A stretch of 19,120 nucleotides of DNA from Promethearchaeia archaeon. Its GTDB lineage: Archaea; Asgardarchaeota; Lokiarchaeia; Sigyniarchaeales; SOKP01. The position numbers and the translations under genes were made by a program. The notes below the pieces were generated by a model that was not told the DNA's origin, did not search any database, and saw only the letters and a list, made by a program, of their open reading frames with translations. This document shows, piece after piece, positions 6,598-15,448 of the stretch (position 1 is the stretch's first letter; each line of letters opens with the position of its first letter). The stretch covers positions 1-19,120 of the forward strand of contig JAHQWH010000195.1 of NCBI GenBank assembly GCA_029856105.1. Reading direction: 5' to 3'.

Positions 6598-8262
6598 CTA
6601 AGCTATCTTTCTCAATACTTCTTTCTCAATAGTTAAATCGTAAGAATCGTAAAAAATTGAATAGTATTTTTGGTAAAATTCTTTTTTCTTTGTTAAAACC
6701 AATTTTGAATCTTCCTTTTCTGCTTTTCCTGAAGCCCAAAATATTTTTCCTGAACCATTCATATTAAATTTCTCTTGGTTTTTGATAATTTCTCCTGACT
6801 TTATCACGAATTCTATGTTTTCAAGCGCTTTCTTTAAAGTTTCAACATCTTTCAAAACATCGACATCGTTTAAGTTCAAATTCAAAACATTCAGGTCACC
6901 ATCAGCACCTAAACCTAAATTACCTTTTATGCTTCCAATACCTAGCGATTTAGCTGGGCTCGAACGAGTTAAAATTACGAAATCGTTAAAAGTCAGTACT
7001 TTGTCATTACTGGATAGAGAATTATCTTTTAAAAAGTCGGCATCCATATCTTTCATATAACTTTCACGAGCTTTGTTGCTCAATAACCAAGTTGCGATTT
7101 CAGGAACTTTAGTTATATTTGCATAGTTCGGGTAGTTGACTGAGAATTGCATTTGCCACGGGTCAATATTTAACGCTAAATCAATAGCGTTTGCCCACAA
7201 AATACAATCGCTTCCCTTTTTTTTACTAAATTTTCTTAGAGTTACAAATGAATCTCCTTCTGATTCTACCGATGATCTAATTAGTTTATACGCGTTTTCC
7301 GAACTTATTAGATTATTTACCAAATGACGGTCAGATGTAATTAACGGATTCAACTTGTCAAATCCAATAAAACCTAAATCCATGTCAAAATCGTGGTTCT
7401 CGTTGAAAAATTTAATCAATTCTGAGTTATCTCCGTCAGAATTATAAGCTGAAACGTGTGCAAGGTGAAATATTTGAGACCTTTTAATTTCAAGGGAGTT
7501 GTTTGTGTTAGGTTTTAAGCCAAGCGATTTGATCTTGTTTAGAATTAACACTAAATTCTCTTTAGAAAGAGCAGATTCGTAACCTTCGATATGGGCGTGA
7601 ATAGAATGAGGTAGACCTAAAGACTCTACAAATTTAGTGAGATTTTCGTAAGCATCCATAGGAGTAAAGTTAAATAACCTTCCCTTTTCGGTTAGGCTTT
7701 TTCTAACCTTCTTCCAATTCCAATATTCCGCTTCGAAGGGATTATAGGCTTTGAAGCCAAATCCTTTAACTTTATCTAAGAGATCTGACAAAAAAACGGC
7801 ACCTTCTTCAACCTTTCCCCGCTGAAATTCGAGTTCTAAAGCCCATAAATTACTGGTGTTTAATAAAAATGCTTTATCTAGCACTGGCAATCGTTTAAAA
7901 TCAAATATCGTCTGTTTTGAGAGGGACGGGAAAACATTAGCTTCGAGAATAAATGTATATCCGTTCGAAATATAACTTTTAGCAATGTTTTCTAAAGTTA
8001 AACCTTTCCATATATCTTGGAACTCTTTATTTTCAGATCCCAACAATCGCGCCCAGTTAACTTGCTGGGAAGCTATGTGAGTGTGCGTATCCACTGCCGA
8101 CGGAACAACCGTTTTTCCTTTAGCGTCGATTTCTTTAAGATCGTTTTTGTTAGTAAACTTTTCCACTATTTTTCCGTTTTCAATTAAAATATCTTTTATT
8201 TCTCCTTCAATATTGTTTATCGGGTCAAAAACAAAACCATTTTTCACAAGGAGCTTAGCCAT
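6598..8262 (-). CDS. fwdA: Formylmethanofuran dehydrogenase subunit A-like amidohydrolase
   Basis: LLVKNGFVFDP N-terminus, DTHTH, GFKAYNP, LGLPHSIHAH, TRSSPAKSLG and KGNLGLGADGD. The start is probably ATG at 8262 (MAKLLVKNG), just after the fwdD stop, rather than 8301. Confidence 0.88.
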   Translation of the reverse strand: MAKLLVKNGFVFDPINNIEGEIKDILIENGKIVEKFTNKNDLKEIDAKGKTVVPSAVDTHTHIASQQVNWARLLGSENKEFQDIWKGLTLENIAKSYISNGYTFILEANVFPSLSKQTIFDFKRLPVLDKAFLLNTSNLWALELEFQRGKVEEGAVFLSDLLDKVKGFGFKAYNPFEAEYWNWKKVRKSLTEKGRLFNFTPMDAYENLTKFVESLGLPHSIHAHIEGYESALSKENLVLILNKIKSLGLKPNTNNSLEIKRSQIFHLAHVSAYNSDGDNSELIKFFNENHDFDMDLGFIGFDKLNPLITSDRHLVNNLISSENAYKLIRSSVESEGDSFVTLRKFSKKKGSDCILWANAIDLALNIDPWQMQFSVNYPNYANITKVPEIATWLLSNKARESYMKDMDADFLKDNSLSSNDKVLTFNDFVILTRSSPAKSLGIGSIKGNLGLGADGDLNVLNLNLNDVDVLKDVETLKKALENIEFVIKSGEIIKNQEKFNMNGSGKIFWASGKAEKEDSKLVLTKKKEFYQKYYSIFYDSYDLTIEKEVLRKIA

Positions 8263-8263
8263 C

Positions 8264-8641
8264 TTATTCGATACCTCTGATTTTTTGGATAATTTCTTCA
8301 AATTTCAGTATTGGCTCGCGCGTCGCTTCCACGCTTACTACTATGTTTTTATAAACGAGTTCATCATTTAATATTTCTGTTAATTGGTTTGACCATATTG
8401 ACACGGGCATCGTTATGGTTCCTTCAGGTACATTATCGTCTTTTTCAATTTTTACTATAATATTCCTTTGATTATTCGATATTTTTAAATGTAAGCTTGA
8501 AACTAAATTGAGTTTGTCAAAATCTTTTGGATTAATAAATGATATCGCTAAGTTTTCTTCTAAGGATTGTTTGTTTCCAAAACTATGTTCTTTTACTTGA
8601 TCGTTGTCAATTTTTCTCATAGTATTTAATAGGAAATCCAT
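8264..8641 (-). CDS. fwdD: Formylmethanofuran dehydrogenase subunit D-like (molybdopterin dinucleotide-binding domain)
   Basis: LLNTxR N-terminus, INPKD, VPEGTITMP..WSNQL and V-x-V-E C-terminal strand; lies between fwdB and fwdA. The start is probably ATG at 8641 (MDFLLNT), 1 nt after the fwdB stop, with GGAGG upstream. Confidence 0.82.
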   Translation of the reverse strand: MDFLLNTMRKIDNDQVKEHSFGNKQSLEENLAISFINPKDFDKLNLVSSLHLKISNNQRNIIVKIEKDDNVPEGTITMPVSIWSNQLTEILNDELVYKNIVVSVEATREPILKFEEIIQKIRGIE

Positions 8642-8642
8642 A

Positions 8643-9947
8643 TTATTTCGCGCCTCCATTTAATTTTTCAATCAATTGGTTCAGTAGTTCTTCGTCCGAA
8701 GGAATGTTATTAGGTGGATTTAAAATTTTTTTTAATTCAACGGGTACTTGATCTATACGATAAGCGAGTCCACTACTTTCAATTCCCGTTATTGCTGTTG
8801 GTAATACTATATCTGCTATGCGTGAAGTTGCTGAATTATGGTTATCTATGAGTATAAGTGGTTTTTTTGCTAATTTGGAGCTTAAAGAATGTGGTAAATG
8901 TGAGATAGGATCGGTTCCGACGATAATAGAACAATCGAAGTTTTCTTTATTAATTTTTGAAATGATTGTGTCTTCTGACTTAACTAATTTTTTACTTTCA
9001 AATTGTAATTTACCGCTTACTCCGTATGAGGAAAGCGCTACATGATCGAACCCTGCCATGTTAAAGTGCCCTCCCAATAAAAGCAGCGATATTCGACCTT
9101 TTACCTGCCTTGTATTTATCAATTGTAACAAGTCTAGTAATTCCTCCATAAGATCGTAATCAGCGTGAGGTTGTATTACGCCCTGTCCAAGAATAATTAC
9201 GCCGTTTTCTGCACCAGTTAGGTGGAGCAGCAAACGCTTAAGATCGTTTTTATCTACTCCGGCAACACCTCCAGATGGGATGCTATCGGCACTACAACAT
9301 TCTTCTTTTAACATCTGAATTAATTCAATATCTTTATCTGGTTCAATAATTAATGCTAGATCTCGCACGCCCATTACATTGAAAGAAGCGGTTTTTACAG
9401 GATCTATAATTACTAGCGTCTTTATTTCTCTGCCAGTCATGCGAAATTTACCTCTGGAAAAAAGAACTTTATTTAGAAGGCGAGGAATCGTTTCAGCTGG
9501 ATTTGCCCCCCATAAAATAATCAAGTCTACTTTGTTAATAATTTCTGTAATCGTTGTCAAATTTATTCCTTGCGCTTTTGCTTTATTTAAAATCTTTCCT
9601 TGACAAATTGAAGCGTTTGAATCGATAAATCCGTTTATTTCTCTTGCTAAATCCATTCCAGCTCTTTGAGCCTCACAGGTTACGTTTGAAAACCCATAAA
9701 GCAATGGAGCGGAAGAATTTTTGATGATTTCGACAGTTTTTGCTAACGCTTCTTCCCATGATGTATTAATCAATTCGTCGTTTTTTCGAATCATCGGACT
9801 TGTAATTCTATTCTGAGCGCTAACTTGATCAAATCTTTCCTTTCCTTTTAAACAGGCTCCAATAACCTCATCAATAAATAGACCATCGCTCTTAACTATT
9901 ATGTCATCACACAATAATGAGCAACCAGAACAAGGGTATCTTTTCAT
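8643..9947 (-). CDS. fwdB: Formylmethanofuran dehydrogenase subunit B-like molybdo/tungstopterin protein
   Basis: CSGCSLLCDD...ACLKG [4Fe-4S] motif, PLLYG, DSNASIC, WGANP, GHFN, GTDPISHLP and PTAITGIESSGLAYRIDQVP. Confidence 0.9.
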   Translation of the reverse strand: MKRYPCSGCSLLCDDIIVKSDGLFIDEVIGACLKGKERFDQVSAQNRITSPMIRKNDELINTSWEEALAKTVEIIKNSSAPLLYGFSNVTCEAQRAGMDLAREINGFIDSNASICQGKILNKAKAQGINLTTITEIINKVDLIILWGANPAETIPRLLNKVLFSRGKFRMTGREIKTLVIIDPVKTASFNVMGVRDLALIIEPDKDIELIQMLKEECCSADSIPSGGVAGVDKNDLKRLLLHLTGAENGVIILGQGVIQPHADYDLMEELLDLLQLINTRQVKGRISLLLLGGHFNMAGFDHVALSSYGVSGKLQFESKKLVKSEDTIISKINKENFDCSIIVGTDPISHLPHSLSSKLAKKPLILIDNHNSATSRIADIVLPTAITGIESSGLAYRIDQVPVELKKILNPPNNIPSDEELLNQLIEKLNGGAK

Positions 9948-9984
9948 AATTAAATCCTTAATAATTTTTTATAAATATAAATCG

Positions 9985-10452
9985 TTATACATATTCAATT
10001 TTAATTGCTTCGCGAGGACAGTAAGTTTCACATACGCGACATTCTCTTTCTCGGCCCTCCGAGTCCAACCTTCGACAATGTTCAAGGTTTAATAATTCAC
10101 ACTTTCCTCCTATCACTTGAAAGAGTTGGTGTTTCTCAGGGGGATATTCTGGAGCTTTACCGCTTAAACTAGGGGGACAATATCTTGCGTTTACAGGACA
10201 TATGGTCACACAAATTCCACACCCATCGCAAAGGTCTTCGTCTACATTTATTCTCAGTTCTTTTTGTTGCCCTTCTTCGGAACCAAGCATTTCCTTTAAT
10301 TTATCGTATTGCTTTTTATATTTTGGTTTTAAAAGGGGAGGACAATCGTCTATTTTAGCTTTACCCTGCAATAAATCTAAACTGAAAGCCATGCAAGTGG
10401 GCTTCCCGCACTCTTTACAATTAGTTTTAGGCAAAAACTTGTACAATTCCAT
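9985..10452 (-). CDS. FwdG-like ferredoxin: N-terminal FeS (PF04060-type) domain plus 2x[4Fe-4S] domain
   Basis: LPKTNCKECGKPTCMAF...CPPL, CDGCGICVTICP and C...CRVCETYCP; first gene of the fwd operon. Confidence 0.82.
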   Translation of the reverse strand: MELYKFLPKTNCKECGKPTCMAFSLDLLQGKAKIDDCPPLLKPKYKKQYDKLKEMLGSEEGQQKELRINVDEDLCDGCGICVTICPVNARYCPPSLSGKAPEYPPEKHQLFQVIGGKCELLNLEHCRRLDSEGRERECRVCETYCPREAIKIEYV

Positions 10453-10632
10453 GAAATTTTGAACTGGTATGTTAATTCACCTTAGAATTATTAATAATAT
10501 CGAGTCCTACGATTAATTAATATTTAAACTTATTAATTTCTTTAGATTATTGAATATAAAATAGTGCACTCTCGTACATAATTAATCATATATAATGTAA
10601 AGTATAAAAAATCAACAAGAGATAATTGCATA

Positions 10633-12060
10633 ATGTTTGTTAAAATTCTTGATGATGAACAGATTGATAAAATTCACCAAAAATCGCTACATATTCTTGA
10701 AAATATTGGTGTGATCGTACCTCACGAAGAAGCGTTGGTGCGTTTTGCTACTTTTGGAGCAAATGTGGATAGCAAAAGAAGTTTGGTAAAAATACCTTCA
10801 GATTTAGTTATGGAGTTCATTTCAAAAGCGGGAAAGAAGTTCGCTATTTACGGGCGCGATCTTTCTAAAAAGGCAGAATTTGGCGTTGGAAAGCGCAATT
10901 ACAATACTTCTGCTGGTCAAACCTTTTGGGTTGATAATATCGGCGATCAAAGAAGACACTCGACTCTCAACGATGTTAAAGAAGCTGTAAGATTTGCTGA
11001 TGCCTTAGACCAAATAACGATTCCAGGTGCTATGTCAGATCCTCTTGAAATCCCCATAGAATGGAGGTGCTTGCAAGTTGCTTTTGAGATGGTATCTCAT
11101 ACAGATAAACCGATTTATTTTTGGTTTAATGATAGAAACTCAGCAAAACAACTTATCGATTTTCTTGTAACTCTTAGGGGAGATGAGAAAAACGCTCAAA
11201 AATACCCTTTATTTTATCCTTTATTTGAGCCTGTTAGTCCTTTAAGCTTTCCTTTTAACGGGATTGACCTACTTTTTGAAACCGCTCGACTTAACTTACC
11301 GGTACATATTGGACCGATGGCCCAGATGGGAGTTTCCGCACCCGCTACTATTGCAGGAACTTTAGCTCAGGAAAACGCGGAGATTTTAGCAGCTATTTGC
11401 ATTACTCAGATTATCCGTGAAGGGATGCCTATTTGTTACGGTGGTATTTGTCACGCATTTGATATGAGAACAGCACAAATAATATTTGGCGGTCCAGAAC
11501 AAGCCATTTTTAGCATAGCAACGAGCCAGATGGGGAAACACTACGGATTTCCAGTTTATATCAACGCCGGATTAACCGATTCTAAGAGACCAGATGCTCA
11601 AGCTGGTCTTGAATGTGGAATTACACTCTCGTTGGGAATAGCTTCTGGAGCGGATATTTTTGGCCATATGGGGATTTGTGGTATGGACCAAGGTGCTTCT
11701 CTGGATATTCTTGTTATGCAATCAGAAATCATCTCTTATGTAGAAAGCGCAAATAGAGTATTAAATTTCGACGAAGATGATTTTGCCATGGACATTATTG
11801 ACGATGTTGGACCCAAGGGAACCTTTCTTAACAAACGCCACACGGTTAAAAATTTTAAGAAAGAATTATGGTTCCCAACGCTCTTAGATAGGAAAAATTA
11901 CGGTAATTGGCTAAAGACTGGAGCTAATGGGATGGAAAAACGATGCCGAATACGTAAAGAAGAGATTCTTTCAAAGCATAAAACAGAACCTTTAGCTGAT
12001 GATATTAAAACTGATCTTGAAAAAGTTATAGAAAATGTAAAAAAAAATCTTACAACTTAA
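10633..12060 (+). CDS. Trimethylamine methyltransferase (MttB/MtgB) superfamily protein, non-pyrrolysine
   Basis: IHQKSLHILENIGV, PVSPL, APATIAGTLAQENAEILA, FDMRT, GGPE, GLTDSKRPDAQAGLE and VGPKGTFL motifs; no in-frame amber codon. Confidence 0.93.
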   Translation: MFVKILDDEQIDKIHQKSLHILENIGVIVPHEEALVRFATFGANVDSKRSLVKIPSDLVMEFISKAGKKFAIYGRDLSKKAEFGVGKRNYNTSAGQTFWVDNIGDQRRHSTLNDVKEAVRFADALDQITIPGAMSDPLEIPIEWRCLQVAFEMVSHTDKPIYFWFNDRNSAKQLIDFLVTLRGDEKNAQKYPLFYPLFEPVSPLSFPFNGIDLLFETARLNLPVHIGPMAQMGVSAPATIAGTLAQENAEILAAICITQIIREGMPICYGGICHAFDMRTAQIIFGGPEQAIFSIATSQMGKHYGFPVYINAGLTDSKRPDAQAGLECGITLSLGIASGADIFGHMGICGMDQGASLDILVMQSEIISYVESANRVLNFDEDDFAMDIIDDVGPKGTFLNKRHTVKNFKKELWFPTLLDRKNYGNWLKTGANGMEKRCRIRKEEILSKHKTEPLADDIKTDLEKVIENVKKNLTT

Positions 12061-12109
12061 TCTTAAAAGATGATTTTTCATTATATAAATAAAAGAAAGG
12101 TGAATTATT

Positions 12110-12943
12110 TTGGATTCTAAAATTTTAAATGTCGTAGCAATATTCGCCCATCCAGACGATCTTTCTATTTTTTGCGCTGGTACTTTAGCGAGATGGGCAG
12201 AAGAAGGTCACAACGTGTACGCGTTATGTTGCACGAGCGGTGAAGTGGGAACGTTAAGACTCGATTTGACTAAAGAACAAGTTGCCGACACTCGCGAAAA
12301 GGAATTACGAGCAGCTAACGAAATAATTGGAGTAAAAGAAACGATTATCCTTGATTATCCTGATGCTGGATTTATAAACGGTCCAGAACTACGCGAAAAA
12401 CTCGTTTTTTTCGTGAGGAAATTAAAGGCAGATCGCGTAGTAACCTTCGATCCTTGGGTATCTTACGAAGTTCACCCCGATCACGTAATTGTCGGAAGAA
12501 TGGCGGCAGAGGCAGCGGCGTTTGCTGCTTTTCCTTTGCTTTATCCCGAACAAAGAAAAAAAGGCGTAGAACCTTACGCGTGTTCCGAAGTTTGGTTTAT
12601 GGGGCTCCTAGGTCACAAACCTAACTATTTTGTTGATATAACATCGACATTAGAAAAAAAAATAGAAGCCGCTTTAAAGTTTGAAGCGACGCTCGAACTT
12701 TTAGCTCAGTTATTTGCCCCAAAAATCGACCCGGCGAATGTATCTACAGATGAACTGAGGAAACTCACTAAATACGCAAATAGACTTTATCGTTCGTTAG
12801 CAACCGCAATTGGGAGTAAAGTGGACTTGAAAGCAGCTGAAGCTTTCTTTGTTCAAAAGACCTTGCCCGGACATTTTGATAACTTCCAACAATTAACATC
12901 AGAAATGTTAGGAAATCCACCCGAAAAGCCTAAAATTTATTAA
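12110..12943 (+). CDS. PIG-L/LmbE family deacetylase
   Basis: AHPDD, TSGE, R-x-x-E, HPDH and VDITSTLEKKIEA motifs; TTG start preceded by an AGGTGA SD. Confidence 0.92.
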   Translation: MDSKILNVVAIFAHPDDLSIFCAGTLARWAEEGHNVYALCCTSGEVGTLRLDLTKEQVADTREKELRAANEIIGVKETIILDYPDAGFINGPELREKLVFFVRKLKADRVVTFDPWVSYEVHPDHVIVGRMAAEAAAFAAFPLLYPEQRKKGVEPYACSEVWFMGLLGHKPNYFVDITSTLEKKIEAALKFEATLELLAQLFAPKIDPANVSTDELRKLTKYANRLYRSLATAIGSKVDLKAAEAFFVQKTLPGHFDNFQQLTSEMLGNPPEKPKIY

Positions 12944-12954
12944 AATCGAAATTA

Positions 12955-12966
12955 TTCTTTTTTCTT
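12955..12966 (+). terminator. Putative oligo-T terminator after the deacetylase
   Basis: TTCTTTTTTCTT shortly after the stop codon. Confidence 0.35.
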
Positions 12967-12983
12967 AAAATTTAGATTTTTAT

Positions 12984-13024
12984 TCATCAAATTTTCTTAG
13001 TGAATAATCTTTATAAAAAAGCTT
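12984..13024 (+). repeat. Imperfect direct repeat, copy 1 (contains TATA-like TTTATA)
   Basis: TCATCAAATTTTCTTAGTGAATAATCTTTATAAAAAAGCTT; 35/41 identical, ungapped, to 13888-13928 (counted by hand). Confidence 0.8.
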
Positions 13025-13117
13025 ATAAATAGATTTTATTTAAAAAATTCTCTATTATTCGGAATTTTATTCTTATTCTCATTTCATTTATTAGTATAAT
13101 TAAATATTAATAATATA

Positions 13118-13465
13118 ATGATCCATAGATTAAAGGAAGCTAAAGAAGAACATTTATATAATTTGCAAGTAGAATTAAATCGAATCAAATCAAAATTAAT
13201 TGAAATGGGTGCTCATAAGATAATTTTATTTGGCTCAGCCGCTCGGGAAGAATTAGGACTTATGAGTGATATTGATTTAATAGTGGTTATAGATTCAAAT
13301 AAAGACTTTATTGAAAGATTATCTTTTTTTTATCAAAAAATCCAGCCCATAGATGCTGATCTTTTGATTTACACTCCACATGAGTTTATTCGAATGATGG
13401 AAAATAATTTATTCATACAACACATATTAAAACAAGGTAAAATAATTTTTGAGCGAACCAAATAA
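13118..13465 (+). CDS. Minimal nucleotidyltransferase (MNT), putative antitoxin
   Basis: ILFGSAAREELGLMSDIDLIVV, an exact GSx10DxD motif, plus a third acidic residue in DLLIYTP. Confidence 0.92.
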   Translation: MIHRLKEAKEEHLYNLQVELNRIKSKLIEMGAHKIILFGSAAREELGLMSDIDLIVVIDSNKDFIERLSFFYQKIQPIDADLLIYTPHEFIRMMENNLFIQHILKQGKIIFERTK

Positions 13466-13862
13466 ATATTATAAAGAAGCAAAAAGATGGATTGAACAAG
13501 CTAAAGAAGATTTAAGTAGTGCTAAAATCCTTTTTGATGCTAAACGGTATTATTTAGTATGTTTTCTCGCTCAACAAATTGCAGAAAAAGCTTTAAAATC
13601 TGTGATTTATTTTAATAAAGAAGATTTAGTATTAGGTCATTCTGTTAGAAAATTAGTAGAATGGGCAAGTAAGTTTGATAAGAGATTTAAAGATCTTATT
13701 AATGAAATCTCTATTTTAGATAGTTATTACATTCCTACGAGATATCCTAATGGATTACCTGATGGGATTCCAGCAGAGATTTTCAATCGAGAGGCTGCAG
13801 AAAGTGCTTTTAAATTAGCAGAATCCACCATTAAAATTGTTACCGATTATCTTGATTTCTAA
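13449..13862 (+). CDS. HEPN domain protein (PF05168/COG2250 type), MNT partner
   Basis: W..QAKEDL..A, CFLAQQIAEKALK, GHS and YIPTRYP motifs; TTG start overlaps the MNT gene by 17 bp. Confidence 0.92.
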   Translation: MSEPNKYYKEAKRWIEQAKEDLSSAKILFDAKRYYLVCFLAQQIAEKALKSVIYFNKEDLVLGHSVRKLVEWASKFDKRFKDLINEISILDSYYIPTRYPNGLPDGIPAEIFNREAAESAFKLAESTIKIVTDYLDF

Positions 13863-13887
13863 AATTTATTATTAGCACTATTTTATC

Positions 13888-13928
13888 TCATTAAATTTAC
13901 TTAGTGAGGAATCTTTATATAAAAGTTT
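13888..13928 (+). repeat. Imperfect direct repeat, copy 2 (contains TATA-like TTTATA; probable MFS promoter region)
   Basis: TCATTAAATTTACTTAGTGAGGAATCTTTATATAAAAGTTT; matches 12984-13024. Confidence 0.8.
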
Positions 13929-13995
13929 GGTAGAGAATAATTTAATTTGAAATTTAATAAAAAAAAAATAAAAAATTAAAAAAAGTGATACATGA

Positions 13996-15408
13996 ATGAA
14001 TGAAACAACCGAACAATTGTCTTATAAAGAACCCTCAATACTCAATACACTTTCTTACGGAGCAGGTGGTTTTTGGTATACATTAGCATTTGGAGTATTT
14101 GATGTATTTCTACTGTACTTTTACGAGACTGTCGTTGGATTAGATATAGTTTATATATTTTCGGCGATGGTTATCTTCACATTATGGGATGCAATAAATG
14201 ATCCTTTAATTGGCTTTCTTACTGATCGAATAACGAAATATACAAGAAAGGTGGGAAAGCGATTCATTTGGATTGTAATTGGCATAATTCCCGCAAACTT
14301 TGTCCTTGCTCTCGTATATATGCCCCCCGCAGGAAGTGCTGCAACAGATCCTCTACCATTTTTTTTCTGGATAATATTTACAACTTGTTTATTCGATAGT
14401 CTTACAACGCTCTGTTTTGTTAATGTAGACGCACTTTTTCCTGACAAATTTCTGACTGAAAAATCTCGTAGAAAGGCTAGAGGTTGGGGAACCCCTCTTT
14501 CTATACTAGCTCTACCCGTTGCTAATATTGTACCTCCAATAATCCTTAATCTTTATGGGGGATTAGACGTTCAAGCAGCTTACATACCGATGGTATGGCT
14601 TATGGTTGCCACAATAGCACCGATCTCTTTACTATTCCTCCCAGGTATGCGCGAGAATAAAGAAATGATTGAGAGATACTACATAAGTAAAGAGAAACCT
14701 CAAAGTTTCATAAACGCATTAAAATCGAGCTTAAAACAGAAAAGCTTTATTTACTATATTATTTTGGCTTTCGGATTTCAAGTGGTAATCGGGTGTTTAA
14801 CAGCTTCAATACCTTATGCTGTCGATTTTGTATTACCAGAATTACCATTTGGCGATTATGTTAACATGATAATATTGTTCGCGACATTTTTAAACGCTGC
14901 TGTTATTTCGGTTCCCATTTGGATATGGCTCGCGAAAAAAATCAAAAATAACAAGAAAATGGCGTTAATAGGGGGTTGTTGTTTGACTGTAGGAACGCTT
15001 TTAACAGCTTTTTATGTAAATATCTTTGATTCCATGATATATCAATCTATTTTAGGATTTACTATGGGCAACTTTTGGGCTTTAATGACAATTTATTTCT
15101 CAGATGTTATGGATGAGAGAATAATATTAACAAAAACTCCGAATAGGGGTGCAACAGTAGGCATTTCAAAGTTCTTTTCTCGATTATCTCGAGCTGCAAT
15201 TTATGCTATATTTACACTTGTGCATATCCTCACTGGCTTCGACGAGAATAATATTATTCCTTCTGCGCAAATAGGCATTCGTTTACATATGAGCGTTATC
15301 CCTGCAATAATATTACTCATCTGTACTATAATATATTGGAAATATTATCCCATTACACCGGAAATATGGATGCAAAATAAGCAAAAGCTCAAAGAACTTG
15401 GATTCTAA
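13996..15408 (+). CDS. MFS transporter, glycoside-pentoside-hexuronide (MelB/GPH) family
   Basis: WDAINDPLIGFLTDR...GKR motif, about 12 hydrophobic segments, SDVMDE and C-terminal YPIT. Confidence 0.9.
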   Translation: MNETTEQLSYKEPSILNTLSYGAGGFWYTLAFGVFDVFLLYFYETVVGLDIVYIFSAMVIFTLWDAINDPLIGFLTDRITKYTRKVGKRFIWIVIGIIPANFVLALVYMPPAGSAATDPLPFFFWIIFTTCLFDSLTTLCFVNVDALFPDKFLTEKSRRKARGWGTPLSILALPVANIVPPIILNLYGGLDVQAAYIPMVWLMVATIAPISLLFLPGMRENKEMIERYYISKEKPQSFINALKSSLKQKSFIYYIILAFGFQVVIGCLTASIPYAVDFVLPELPFGDYVNMIILFATFLNAAVISVPIWIWLAKKIKNNKKMALIGGCCLTVGTLLTAFYVNIFDSMIYQSILGFTMGNFWALMTIYFSDVMDERIILTKTPNRGATVGISKFFSRLSRAAIYAIFTLVHILTGFDENNIIPSAQIGIRLHMSVIPAIILLICTIIYWKYYPITPEIWMQNKQKLKELGF

Positions 15409-15424
15409 TAAAAAATAGTTTTAA

Positions 15425-15440
15425 TTCTTCCTTTTTTTTT
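15425..15440 (+). terminator. Putative oligo-T terminator between the convergent MFS and ATPase genes
   Basis: T-rich tract ending in T9 (15432-15440) after the MFS stop. Confidence 0.45.
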
Positions 15441-15448
15441 AAATTTTG

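Noticed and set aside
9597-9611. Possible selenocysteine in FwdB
   Set aside because: The ligand codon is TGT (Cys) and the frame has no internal TGA.
10633-12060. Possible pyrrolysine readthrough in MttB
   Set aside because: There is no in-frame TAG, and Leu occupies the equivalent position.
13449-13862. HepT-type RNase toxin of a type VII TA system
   Set aside because: No Rx4-6H catalytic motif is visible. It looks like the RYP-type HEPN family, so toxin activity cannot be asserted.
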